This document shows, piece by piece, positions 18,173-27,682 of a stretch of 64,000 bases of DNA. Numbering within the stretch: position 1 is the stretch's first letter; every line of letters starts with the position of its first letter. A model generated the notes under the pieces. It was not told where the DNA came from. It saw nothing but the letters and a program-made list of their open reading frames with translations, and did no database searches. Position numbers and translations under genes: made by a program. The DNA comes from an uncultured Alphaproteobacteria bacterium (GTDB lineage: Bacteria; Pseudomonadota; Alphaproteobacteria; UBA8366; GCA-2717185): positions 27,035-91,034 of the forward strand of contig CALSRA010000007.1 in the NCBI GenBank assembly GCA_943788635.1, read 5' to 3'.

Positions 18173-20830
18173 TCAGCCGGCCGAAAGCAGTGACTGAAAT
18201 TCGCCATCTGCCGTACTCAATTCATCGAACGAACCGGTTTCGACAATTCGTCCCGACTTTAGCACAACAGTCTTACTGAAATATTTTGCATCTGAAACGC
18301 GGTTGAGGATCCACAATACGCCCCGGCCTTCGCAATCCCGCAGGATATTTTCCATCACCGTGTTCTGGCTGAGCGCGTCGAGATTGGCCGATGCCTCATT
18401 CAGGATCAACATGTCGGGCCGGCGGATCAGGCAACGCGCGATCGCCAGTTTCTGCCGCTGGCCCTGCGACAACCGTGCGCCGCCATTACCTGCCTGAAAG
18501 TCGAGGCCGGCCGCGGTCACCGTTTCACGCAACTCCAGTTCATCAACGACTTCACTGATCAATTTGCCGACCTTCGCCTCTGCCTGCGCCTGACCATAAG
18601 ACACCTTTCCGAACAGGATATTATCCTGCAGGGTCGCGGCCGGGTTGTAGGCATCCGCATCGAAGAAGGCGATCGCCTCGCGCAAATCTTCGGGCAGCCC
18701 CTCCGCAAAGACCCGTCTGGCCTCCAGGATGCGTGGCATCATCTGATCATCAATCAAATCAAGGCGGTGCCGTGCCCGGATCAGCTTGAAGGGCAGGGAT
18801 ACAAGCCGGCGACGATCTTCCACCGTCAACCCTTCAGGCCCCCGCGCTGCACGGCCTAGTATGGCCTGGAACTCGGGCAGATCGTCAGATTCGATGAAAC
18901 TGAATTGCTCAAAGAACTCATGCCCGGGCGGCAGGCCCGCGAACAGTTCCAGCATCGTCTGCGCCACCTGCGTCCCCATATCAAGGAAGTCAGCACTCAA
19001 ATTCACCTTGTCGAGGACCACCTGCATATAGGCGCTGTCGGCCAGGTTCTCGAGGTCAAACGCATTCCCGATCGGGAGGCCAAAAAGAATATTCTCGGCA
19101 ACCGACGCATTCGAATTATACGTTTCGATATCGAAAGGTTCTATCAACTGCGCCACGGCCGGGTCCGATAACCTGCCGCGCAATGCGGCGCGTGCGGACA
19201 TAATGAGTTCAGCCGTTTCGGGCTGGCGCTCCGGATCAATCACGCCGCGCAATCCAAACCTGTAAACTTCATCGTCCATATCGACAATCTGCAGGATTTC
19301 GATCAAACGATGCTGCAGCCCATTCAGGTCTTCGACACCGGCTTCTTCATAGTCTACCCAGTCCGAATGGTAGTCATATGGTGAATTCCCCGTGGTAACC
19401 GCCTCTTCCAGGTCCGTCACATGCTCGGCTGAATCCTGGTTGGCCGGGCGCAACGAACGATGCTTCAGGCCATACAGGATATTATCGCCAATCGAAGCCG
19501 CCTGCAGATAAGGGCTGGCATTCACATAGGCGATCCGGCGACCGGTCACAGACTCGGGAAGGTTCGAAAGGTCGCTGCCACCGAACTTGATCGTCCCGGA
19601 TGTCGGCCTGACGAGCCGGGCCAGCACCGCGCCGAGTTCGGTTTTACCGCTGCCGCCATCACCGACAAATGCTGTATGCGCCGTTGTCGAAGTCGTCAGT
19701 GACACAGCATCCAGAGTGCGCACACCGTCTTCATCCGCAAGGCCGATATTGCTCAGGACCAGATCACCCCTGATCGGCGGTGGCCCCTCGGGCTCCGCGA
19801 TCTGAAGCTCTTCGTCAAGCATGCCCTGTGGTTCGAACTGCTCGATCACCTGTTCGTATTTTATGCGAACGTCTTCCTTTTGCTGATACCAGCTCAACAA
19901 TTCCTTCCAGGGGCTGGCTAGCTCCTTGTAGGCATTCAGAACGGCAACAAGCGCGCCGACCGTCAGGTCACCCTGAATGACCAGATAGCCGCCGATCGAA
20001 AAGAAGAAAAATGGCGTAAGTTTGTCGATGAAATTATTGAGGAACTTAATGAAGAACTTGCGCCGATAGATATCGTACCGGATGTCATAGATGGCGCCCA
20101 ACCGGTTGGCGAACCGGGACAGCTCATAAAATGACGTATCATGCGCGTGAATTTCGCTGATCCCTGAAATGGACTCACCCAGGTGATCGGACAGGCGACG
20201 GACATTTTGAACGCGTTGCTTGCCCAGCGCGTTCACCCTCTTCTGCAGCTTCGGGATAATGTAACCCTGAATCGGAATCATCCCGGCGGCAGCGAGACCC
20301 AGCACCCAGTCCTGCATCAGGATATAGCCAACGATCAGCAGCAACTGGCCGCCAAAGAACAATGGATCAGCATATGCAATGCCGATAAACCCGCCCAAAG
20401 GCTCCACCTCCGCGGTGACCATTGGAATCACTTCGCCCTGGCTGACTTTCTTGAAATGCGGCGTCGGGAACCGAAGAATTCGGGAATACAGTTGATATCG
20501 CAGGCGCCGAAGCAGCCTTTCACCCAACCGGCCCTTGTAAACACTGATGTAATATTTGAAGCCGCCGGTAATAAATACCAGGGCGAGATAGGCAAAACTC
20601 AATATCATCAGATAGGTGAGCTGCGTGACATCGAGCGGAATCTCAAAGCCAAACAAGGGCACGTCAAAAGGCGGCGCTGCGCCGTCGCTCCTGATTGCCC
20701 TGTTAACGATGATCTTTGGCAGATCAAGCGTTACAAACAGAAATGGGTAGAATGCGATAATGACAAAAAGCAATACGATCTGCTGCCGCAGACTGTAACG
20801 CAGAATGTATTTGAAGATACTGCTTTCCAT
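18173..20830 (-). CDS. Atypical ABC half-transporter (TMD-NBD) with a large insertion in the NBD and substituted catalytic residues
   Basis: 885 aa with an N-terminal ~330-aa ABC exporter TMD. Walker A GDGGSGKT is at 19640-19663 and the signature LSQGQ is ~390 residues later. Walker B reads LILNEA (Asn codon 18398-18400) and the H-loop reads ILNRVS (Asn codon 18302-18304). Confidence 0.85.
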   Translation of the reverse strand: MESSIFKYILRYSLRQQIVLLFVIIAFYPFLFVTLDLPKIIVNRAIRSDGAAPPFDVPLFGFEIPLDVTQLTYLMILSFAYLALVFITGGFKYYISVYKGRLGERLLRRLRYQLYSRILRFPTPHFKKVSQGEVIPMVTAEVEPLGGFIGIAYADPLFFGGQLLLIVGYILMQDWVLGLAAAGMIPIQGYIIPKLQKRVNALGKQRVQNVRRLSDHLGESISGISEIHAHDTSFYELSRFANRLGAIYDIRYDIYRRKFFIKFLNNFIDKLTPFFFFSIGGYLVIQGDLTVGALVAVLNAYKELASPWKELLSWYQQKEDVRIKYEQVIEQFEPQGMLDEELQIAEPEGPPPIRGDLVLSNIGLADEDGVRTLDAVSLTTSTTAHTAFVGDGGSGKTELGAVLARLVRPTSGTIKFGGSDLSNLPESVTGRRIAYVNASPYLQAASIGDNILYGLKHRSLRPANQDSAEHVTDLEEAVTTGNSPYDYHSDWVDYEEAGVEDLNGLQHRLIEILQIVDMDDEVYRFGLRGVIDPERQPETAELIMSARAALRGRLSDPAVAQLIEPFDIETYNSNASVAENILFGLPIGNAFDLENLADSAYMQVVLDKVNLSADFLDMGTQVAQTMLELFAGLPPGHEFFEQFSFIESDDLPEFQAILGRAARGPEGLTVEDRRRLVSLPFKLIRARHRLDLIDDQMMPRILEARRVFAEGLPEDLREAIAFFDADAYNPAATLQDNILFGKVSYGQAQAEAKVGKLISEVVDELELRETVTAAGLDFQAGNGGARLSQGQRQKLAIARCLIRRPDMLILNEASANLDALSQNTVMENILRDCEGRGVLWILNRVSDAKYFSKTVVLKSGRIVETGSFDELSTADGEFQSLLSAG

Positions 20831-20920
20831 GGATCGGCGCTGCGACCTCCGCCGTGCACGACTGAATTCCCTTATTGGGACACCTTAGCGCAGCATCCTT
20901 CGAGGGTAAACGTTTAGAAA

Positions 20921-21016
20921 TTGATCATTTTTGATCGATATCATTCAAATAAATATTATCCCCTGTTTAATTCTGACCTTTTGATTACTCTGTTAAGCAT
21001 GCAATAGTAGGATCAA
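20921..21016. promoter_or_regulatory. AT-rich divergent control region with phased TTGAT(C/T) repeats
   Basis: TTGATC at 20921 and 20931, TTGATT at 20981, and inverted GATCAA at 21011, directly before ATG 21017. The three direct copies are spaced by multiples of 10 bp. The region is much more AT-rich than its flanks. Confidence 0.4.
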
Positions 21017-22270
21017 ATGACTGTTGGCGGGGAGAGTAAAGGGGATCGGGGCATGAGCGGAGACCATCGCCCGCCGCGGGTACTAGTATATAGTCATGAT
21101 TCGTTCGGGCTGGGCCATTTGCGCCGTTGCCGCGCGATCGCGCACGCCATGTGCGAAGACAACGAAGAACTGTCCGTCCTGATTCTGTCCGGTTCGCCGA
21201 TTATTGGCAGTTTCGATTTTCGGTCCAGGGTCGATTTCGTTCGCGTTCCCGGCGTCATCAAGTTGCGCAACGGGGAATACACGTCCCTGACTCTGCCTAT
21301 GGCAATCGAAGATGCGATTGAAATGCGCGCATCGATCATTCGCCATACGGCCGAAGTCTTTGACCCGGATATCATGCTGGTCGACAAGGAGCCTTCCGGT
21401 CTGCGGGGCGAGCTCTCCGAGACGCTGGAAGTCATGAAGCAGCGTGGCACGCATATCGTTCTTGGTTTGCGCGACGTGCTGGATGACCCCCTGCAGTTGC
21501 GGGCGGAGTGGAAGCGGAAGAACGCCGCCGCAGCGCTGGAGGAATATTACCACGAAATCTGGGTGTACGGCCTGCCGCAAATCTGCGAGCCGCTGGACGG
21601 CATAGAATTGGCCGCATCGACACGGCGCAAGACAACCTATACCGGCTACCTGCAGCGTTTTGCTGATACTCAAACGGTTTCCGAACTGCCCTTCATCAAG
21701 CGCGACGACCCGTTCATTCTTGTAACGCCCGGTGGCGGTGGCGATGGAGAGGAACTGGTCGACTGGGTTCTTCGCGCCTATGAATCAGACAGTTCCCTGC
21801 CGCATAGGTCCGTTATCGTCCTTGGCCCGTTCATGCAGTCAGACCGCCGGGCCGAATTCATCGCGCGCACGGACAAACTGTCAAAAGTCGAAGCCATTAC
21901 CTTCGACGCGCATATGGAAAGCCTGATGGTCAAGGCAATCGCGGTCGTGGCGATGGGCGGATACAATACGTTTTGCGAAATCCTGTCATTCGACAAACGC
22001 GCCCTTATCGTGCCGCGGACTGAACCCCGCCGCGAACAGCTAATCCGGGCCAGCCGGGCAGCGGAATTGGGACTTTTGACCATGTTGCGCGGCGACGACG
22101 ATCGAAAAGCCGACGTCATGGCAACCGCATTGCGCCATCTGCCACAGCAGGACCCGCCGTCTCGGTCGGTTGTGCCCGGGCTGATGGCTGGTCTTGAAAA
22201 CGTGAATATCCTGACCCGGCGCGCTCTCGGCCTTAAAAAACGCCCGTCCCTGGCCCGGAAGCGCGCCTGA
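21017..22270 (+). CDS. Glycosyltransferase (MurG/GT28-like, COG4671-type)
   Basis: 417 aa. N-terminal VLVYSHDSFGLGHLRRCRAIA and C-terminal GGYNTFCEIL, resembling GT-B enzymes of the MurG-like class. An alternative start lies at 21053. Confidence 0.7.
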   Translation: MTVGGESKGDRGMSGDHRPPRVLVYSHDSFGLGHLRRCRAIAHAMCEDNEELSVLILSGSPIIGSFDFRSRVDFVRVPGVIKLRNGEYTSLTLPMAIEDAIEMRASIIRHTAEVFDPDIMLVDKEPSGLRGELSETLEVMKQRGTHIVLGLRDVLDDPLQLRAEWKRKNAAAALEEYYHEIWVYGLPQICEPLDGIELAASTRRKTTYTGYLQRFADTQTVSELPFIKRDDPFILVTPGGGGDGEELVDWVLRAYESDSSLPHRSVIVLGPFMQSDRRAEFIARTDKLSKVEAITFDAHMESLMVKAIAVVAMGGYNTFCEILSFDKRALIVPRTEPRREQLIRASRAAELGLLTMLRGDDDRKADVMATALRHLPQQDPPSRSVVPGLMAGLENVNILTRRALGLKKRPSLARKRA

Positions 22271-22274
22271 CACC

Positions 22275-23507
22275 GTGTCCGTTCAATTTATTCTGAAAGG
22301 GTACCCTCGCCTTTCGGAAACCTTTATTGCCCAGGAAATCCTGGCACTCGAACGGCGGGGCCTCGAGATCAATATCGCATCACTGCGCCACCCGACCGAT
22401 GACAGGGTTCATCCGATTCATCGCGATATCAGGGCAGAAGCACTGTACCTGCCGGAATACCTGTACCAGGAACCCGAACGCGTGCGGGATGCCCGCGCCG
22501 CGGCGCAGCGTCTTCCGGGCTATCAAACCGCGTATGCCTGCTTTCGCGCGGATTTAAAGCGGGATCCCACCCGGAACAGGATCAGGCGCTTCGGGCAGGC
22601 CTGTGTCCTGGCCCACGAGCTGCCCGAAGGTGTCACACGACTGCACGCCCATTTTCTGCATACGCCGGCATCCGTCGCCCGCTACGCCGCCATGATGACC
22701 GGCCTGCCATGGAGCTGTTCTGCCCACGCCAAAGACATCTGGACAACACCGGAATGGGAGATGCGGGAGAAACTGGCGGATCTGGATTGGCTCGTTACCT
22801 GCACCGCCGCCGGCGCGGATTTTCTGGCGGGATTGGCACCGGGGAAAGATACCGTCTCGCTGGTCTATCACGGGATCGATTTTTCCCGCTTCCCGCCGCC
22901 CCCTGACGCCCGACCGGGCCTCGACGGGCAGGCGGCACCCGTCACGATCCTTTCCGTCGGCAGGGCAGTGGGGAAGAAAGGCTATGATGATCTGCTGACA
23001 GCGCTTTCTCGGTTGCCAGCCGATATTAACTGGCGCTTCCGTCATATCGGGGGCGGGCCATTGCTGGAAACCCTGAAAGCGCAGGCACAGCAGCTTGGAA
23101 TTGCGGCACATGTCGAATGGTACGGCGCCCGCGCGCAGGAAGATGTGCTGGACGCATTGCGGCACGCGGATATTTTTGTTCTCGCCAGCAAGACAACCGA
23201 TGACGGAGACCGCGATGGCTTGCCAAACGTCCTGATGGAAGCCCAAAGTCAGTGTTTGCCCGTTCTTTCAACCATGGTCTCAGGCATTCCCGAACTCATT
23301 CACCACGACACGACCGGACTGCTGGTTCCGCCCGGCGATGCGTTGGCCATTGCAACGGCGCTTGAACGGCTGATCCGCAACCCTTCGGAGCGACGGCGCC
23401 TCGCCGACGCGGGACTGGACCGTGTGCATTCGCAATTTTCGATGGACCATGGCGCGGATACCCTGGCGGCGCGGTTCCTTCGGGATCCCCAATCCGCCGC
23501 GGCCTGA
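22275..23507 (+). CDS. Family 4 (GT-B) glycosyltransferase
   Basis: 410 aa. C-terminal GLPNVLMEAQSQCLPVLST...GLLV matches the GT4 EX7E region. GTG start lies 4 nt after the upstream stop. Confidence 0.8.
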   Translation: MSVQFILKGYPRLSETFIAQEILALERRGLEINIASLRHPTDDRVHPIHRDIRAEALYLPEYLYQEPERVRDARAAAQRLPGYQTAYACFRADLKRDPTRNRIRRFGQACVLAHELPEGVTRLHAHFLHTPASVARYAAMMTGLPWSCSAHAKDIWTTPEWEMREKLADLDWLVTCTAAGADFLAGLAPGKDTVSLVYHGIDFSRFPPPPDARPGLDGQAAPVTILSVGRAVGKKGYDDLLTALSRLPADINWRFRHIGGGPLLETLKAQAQQLGIAAHVEWYGARAQEDVLDALRHADIFVLASKTTDDGDRDGLPNVLMEAQSQCLPVLSTMVSGIPELIHHDTTGLLVPPGDALAIATALERLIRNPSERRRLADAGLDRVHSQFSMDHGADTLAARFLRDPQSAAA

Positions 23508-24637
23508 TGCGCGTCGCGTTCTATTCGCCGCTTAAACCGCCGTCCCACCCGATTGCATCGGGCGACCGACGGGTGGCCCGGTTGCTGCTCGCCGCCATCC
23601 GGCAGGGCGGTAACGATGCCTTCGTAGCATCGACGTTACGCGCATTCGAAGGCGCCGGCGATCCAAAGCGGCAGCATCTTATCCAGCGCCGGGGTGAAGC
23701 CATCGCCCGCCGCCTGATAACGAAATTTGAATCCAATCCACCGGACCTGTGGTTCACCTATCACCTCTATCACAAGGCGCCTGACTGGGTCGGTCCCGCC
23801 GTATGCGAGGCATTGTCCATCCCCTACGTCGTGGCTGAAGCCAGCATTGCACCCAAACAGGCCGACGGACCCTGGTCCGAAGGCTACAATGCTGTTCTGT
23901 CGGCCGTACGCCGCGCATCGCGCATCATTACGCTGAACCCGGACGACCGCGCGTGCATAGAGCCGGTTGTCGGATCGCCGGAACGTATCGTCATGCTGCC
24001 GCCGTTCATTGATACCCGTCCCGTGCGACGCACCGTCGCGAAACGGGTCGGGCATCGAACGGACCTATCCAGACAGCTGGGCATTCCCACATCCGATATC
24101 TGGATTGCGGTATCCGCGATGATGCGCCCAGGGGATAAACTGGAATCATACCGCGTCCTGGGGCGGGCCATGCAAAGACTTCAGGACGTGCCATTACGCT
24201 GGCTCGTTGCCGGCGACGGCGCGGCACGCGGGGAAGTCGAAGCGGCGTTGGACGCCGGCACGGTCAGCTATCTTGGCTCACTGGGGCGCCGCGACATGGA
24301 CAACCTTCACGCCGCAGCGGACGTCGCGGTCTGGCCGGCAATCCGGGAAGCCTTCGGCATGGCGCTGCTGGAAGCCCAGGCGGCCGGCTTGCCGGTTGTT
24401 GCGGGCCGCTCACCGGGTGTTGCACAGATTGTCGCCGACGGCGAAACCGGCTTGCTGACAACGCCCGGCGACGACAAGATGCTGGCCGACGCCGTACGGA
24501 TACTCGCCGGCAACGCGGAGCAACGACGCAGCATGGGACAAGCAGCGATGAAAAAGGCCGAAAACCAACACGATATCAGCTCTGCCGCCAGGCAAATCGG
24601 GCGCGTGCTGCAGGAAGCGGAAGGGACAAGGAAATGA
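23507..24637 (+). CDS. Family 4 (GT-B) glycosyltransferase
   Basis: 376 aa. FGMALLEAQAAGLPVVAG...GETGLL motif. Its start overlaps the upstream stop (TGATG). Confidence 0.8.
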   Translation: MRVAFYSPLKPPSHPIASGDRRVARLLLAAIRQGGNDAFVASTLRAFEGAGDPKRQHLIQRRGEAIARRLITKFESNPPDLWFTYHLYHKAPDWVGPAVCEALSIPYVVAEASIAPKQADGPWSEGYNAVLSAVRRASRIITLNPDDRACIEPVVGSPERIVMLPPFIDTRPVRRTVAKRVGHRTDLSRQLGIPTSDIWIAVSAMMRPGDKLESYRVLGRAMQRLQDVPLRWLVAGDGAARGEVEAALDAGTVSYLGSLGRRDMDNLHAAADVAVWPAIREAFGMALLEAQAAGLPVVAGRSPGVAQIVADGETGLLTTPGDDKMLADAVRILAGNAEQRRSMGQAAMKKAENQHDISSAARQIGRVLQEAEGTRK

Positions 24638-25230
24638 CGTTGCTTGCCGTTATCCGCCACGGCCCCACCCACTGGAATGAAACCGGAATTGTACAGGGGC
24701 GCAGTGATATCCCACTCAGCGAGACTGGCCGCAGCCTTGTCGGTAGCTGGCAGGTACCGGAAGCATTCACGGAATACGAATGGGTGACGAGTCCGTTGGT
24801 CCGAGCCGCCGAAACCGCAAAGATCCTGAGCGGACAGCCGCAACCAACCGACCACCGGCTCGTTGAAATGGACTGGTCTGCGTGGGAAGGCATGAAACTG
24901 CCGGATCTGCGCGCGCAATTGGGCAACCTGATGAAAGCCTGGGAGGCCGAAGGATTGGACTTCCGGGCACCCGGCGGGGAAAGCCCCCGTGACGTGCAGG
25001 ATCGTTTAAGGCCGTTTCTGGCAGAACGCGCCGCGGTCGGCACACCGACAGTTGTGGTTTGCCACAAGGGTGTCATCCGGGCGCTGTACGCAATGGCGGT
25101 ATCATGGGACATGACCGACAAACCGCCGGAGAAGCTGCAGGATAATTGTACCCATGTTTTCCGACTGGAACCGGATGGCTCGCCGCAACCCCATCAACTC
25201 AACCTGCCGATGACGACCACTGAAGAATGA
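24634..25230 (+). CDS. Histidine phosphatase family protein (phosphoglycerate-mutase-like)
   Basis: 198 aa. Catalytic RHG motif (AVIRHGPTHWN). ATGA overlaps at both ends. Confidence 0.85.
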   Translation: MTLLAVIRHGPTHWNETGIVQGRSDIPLSETGRSLVGSWQVPEAFTEYEWVTSPLVRAAETAKILSGQPQPTDHRLVEMDWSAWEGMKLPDLRAQLGNLMKAWEAEGLDFRAPGGESPRDVQDRLRPFLAERAAVGTPTVVVCHKGVIRALYAMAVSWDMTDKPPEKLQDNCTHVFRLEPDGSPQPHQLNLPMTTTEE

Positions 25231-26384
25231 CGGCATCGCATCGCAAGCGGGTGATGTTTTATGTCCAGCACCTGCTGGGCGTCGGGCATCAGGCGCGCGC
25301 CGCCGCTATCACGCGTGCGATGCAGGCAAACAATCTTGAAGTCCACTATGTTTCCGGGGGATTCGATGAATCCCGGCAGGACCTCGGCGACGCCCGGTAC
25401 GTTCAGTTGCCGCCAGCCCGGACGGCGGATGCATCCTTCACCACGTTACTGGATGTCAACGGGCAGCCGGTCGATACCGCCTGGGAAAACAGGCGTCGGC
25501 AGGCCCTTCTGGATACCTACGCCGCGATAGCGCCGGATGTGCTACTTGTCGAAAGCTTCCCGTTCGGTCGACGCCGTTTCCGATTCGAACTGCTTCCCTT
25601 ACTGGAAGCCGCAAACGGAAAATCGGCCATTGCGGCCTCTGTACGGGATATCCTTGTTGAACGAGACGACCCCAAACGAACGCAATGGATCATCGACACC
25701 GCACGGTCGTTTTTCAATACCATCATCGTCCATGGTGACCCGGCGGTCGCTCCATTCTCGGACACATTCGCCGGTGCCGATGCCATCGCCGACATGATCT
25801 GTTATTCCGGCTATGTCACCGCACCACCGGTCACCGCAACGGAACCGCGAACTGAGTCAGTCCTTGTTTCGGCCGGAGGGGGCGCCGTCGGTGGACCACT
25901 GTTGCGTACGGCAATAGCGGCACGGCCTTTGACAAAATTGGCAAATGCGCCCTGGCAGCTGGCGACCGGACCAAATATGGCCGAATTCGATCGAAAATCA
26001 CTGATTGTGCCGCCTGGTGTGACGGTGGACACATTTTTTTCAAATTTCAGGCATATTTTAACCAAAGTTACGGTATCGGTAAGTCAGGCAGGGTATAATA
26101 CCGTCATGGATCTATACACTACTGGTACCCGCGCCGTTCTGGTTCCTTTCAGCAGCCATGGTGAAACCGAACAATCGCGGCGGGCTGAAATTCTCGCTGG
26201 GAGAGGTCATTTTCAGGTTGTTCCGGAAGAATCCCTCACGCCGGAAACGCTGGCCAGGGCAATTGACCGTGCGCTCGACGCCGCCCCGCCCGACCCGGCA
26301 GGTATACATTTCAATGGCGCACACAGAACGGCCGAGATCGTGGCCGCGCTCGCAGGTGGCAAGCCGCCACCCCATTCACTGTAG
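25227..26384 (+). CDS. Glycosyltransferase (MurG/GT28-like, paralogous class to 21017-22270)
   Basis: 385 aa. FYVQHLLGVGHQARAAAITRA N-terminus and AGYNTVMDL C-terminal motif parallel the first GT of the block. Confidence 0.65.
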   Translation: MTASHRKRVMFYVQHLLGVGHQARAAAITRAMQANNLEVHYVSGGFDESRQDLGDARYVQLPPARTADASFTTLLDVNGQPVDTAWENRRRQALLDTYAAIAPDVLLVESFPFGRRRFRFELLPLLEAANGKSAIAASVRDILVERDDPKRTQWIIDTARSFFNTIIVHGDPAVAPFSDTFAGADAIADMICYSGYVTAPPVTATEPRTESVLVSAGGGAVGGPLLRTAIAARPLTKLANAPWQLATGPNMAEFDRKSLIVPPGVTVDTFFSNFRHILTKVTVSVSQAGYNTVMDLYTTGTRAVLVPFSSHGETEQSRRAEILAGRGHFQVVPEESLTPETLARAIDRALDAAPPDPAGIHFNGAHRTAEIVAALAGGKPPPHSL

Positions 26385-26391
26385 GCAGCGC

Positions 26392-27168
26392 ATGTCCGCC
26401 CCGTTGCACGCACATAACCAGACAGCCTGGTCCGAATTCCTCGCGGAACTGGACACCTGGGCCGCGTCCGGTCGTCGTGCTGAATTCTGGTGGCGGGATG
26501 ACGACGCAACCAAACCCGGCCCGGCGCTGGATCGCCTGATTGCCATCACCGGCGCAAATCCTCTAGCTCTCGCCGTTATCCCGGCGTCGGCAACAGCAGA
26601 ACTCGCCAGCGTGACGCGCGACTACCCGAATATTGACGTCGTGCAGCATGGGTTCGCCCATACCAACCACGCGCCTATCGGCGAGAAAAAGGCTGAATTC
26701 GGGGCGCACAGGCCAATCCAGGTCATGCGAAACGAAATACTGGAAGGGCGCAAACGCCTGACCGAACTGTTTGGCGCGACCTTCACCGCCGTCTTCGTGC
26801 CCCCCTGGAATCGCATCGCGAGTTCGGTCGCGGCGGCGCTGGAAGCCTGCGAATTTTCGCGGCTTTCGACGTTTGGCAGCACCGACCCGAATGCCATACC
26901 GAAACAAATCAATTGCCACATCGACATTGTAAACTGGCGTGGCGGCCGCGGGTTTTTGGGCGTCGAACCTGTTCTGGATGCCTTTACCGCCCTGCTTTCC
27001 GGCATCCGGACGGGCGCGTTACCCGTCGAATTGCCTGTTGGCCTGTTGACCCATCACCGCGACCATGACGATGCCGGCTGGCTATTTCTCGAGGAACTGG
27101 CCCCCGTTCTGGCGGACCACCCGGGAGTCAATTGGCTGCCTGTTGTCCCGGAAAAGGGAGCGCGCTGA
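26392..27168 (+). CDS. Polysaccharide deacetylase-like protein
   Basis: 258 aa from ATG 26392. WWRDDDAT and HGFAHTNH resemble NodB-type metal-binding motifs. The longer ORF from 26158 overlaps the preceding GT and was not used. Confidence 0.55.
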   Translation: MSAPLHAHNQTAWSEFLAELDTWAASGRRAEFWWRDDDATKPGPALDRLIAITGANPLALAVIPASATAELASVTRDYPNIDVVQHGFAHTNHAPIGEKKAEFGAHRPIQVMRNEILEGRKRLTELFGATFTAVFVPPWNRIASSVAAALEACEFSRLSTFGSTDPNAIPKQINCHIDIVNWRGGRGFLGVEPVLDAFTALLSGIRTGALPVELPVGLLTHHRDHDDAGWLFLEELAPVLADHPGVNWLPVVPEKGAR

Positions 27169-27169
27169 A

Positions 27170-27682
27170 ATGGAGCTGCGGTATCCCCTAAAGAGCCTTT
27201 ATGGCGACTACCTGCGGGCACTGATCGGGATGGTTATTCTTGGAACGCCGTTCTTTTATTCCCTTATTAACGGCAGCTTTGTCGTGACCACTATCATGGG
27301 CATGCTGCTCTCGTTATTCCTCATCTTCGGGATACGGACCTATTTTCGCCAGATAACCATAATATCGGTCGGCGACGACGGTATCGCGTCAAGCGGCCCT
27401 TTTGGCCGTCGGCTCGCGTGGAACGATCTTGTGCAGGTCGATTTACGGTATTATTCGACCCGTCGCGAAAAAGCGGGAAAAGGCGACGGTTGGATGCAGA
27501 TGAAAATCTGCGATTCGGGGGGATGCATGAAATTCGATTCTTCTTTGCAACATTTTAACGACCTTGCCGCAAAAGTTGCCGCTACGGCGTTTCAGAACAA
27601 TGCGGAAATGTCAGAGACAACAATAGAAAACTTCACGGCAATGGGCATAACCATTGCAATTCCGGAAGAGGCTGTGGAATGA
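27170..27682 (+). CDS. Hypothetical membrane protein (two N-terminal TM helices plus soluble domain)
   Basis: 170 aa from ATG 27170, 1 nt after the upstream stop. Hydrophobic segments [16 protein letters not shown] and [18 protein letters not shown]. No family recognised. Confidence 0.5.
   Translation: MELRYPLKSLYGDYLRALIGMVILGTPFFYSLINGSFVVTTIMGMLLSLFLIFGIRTYFRQITIISVGDDGIASSGPFGRRLAWNDLVQVDLRYYSTRREKAGKGDGWMQMKICDSGGCMKFDSSLQHFNDLAAKVAATAFQNNAEMSETTIENFTAMGITIAIPEEAVE

Noticed and set aside
26158-26391. The N-terminal extension of the deacetylase-like ORF. Similar extensions occur at 27065-27169, 29463-29564, 47070-47327 and 56806-56865.
   Set aside because: The extensions overlap the preceding gene or an AT-rich spacer and have odd composition. 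Internal ATGs that sit right after the upstream stop, or behind a good RBS, give sensible N-termini.
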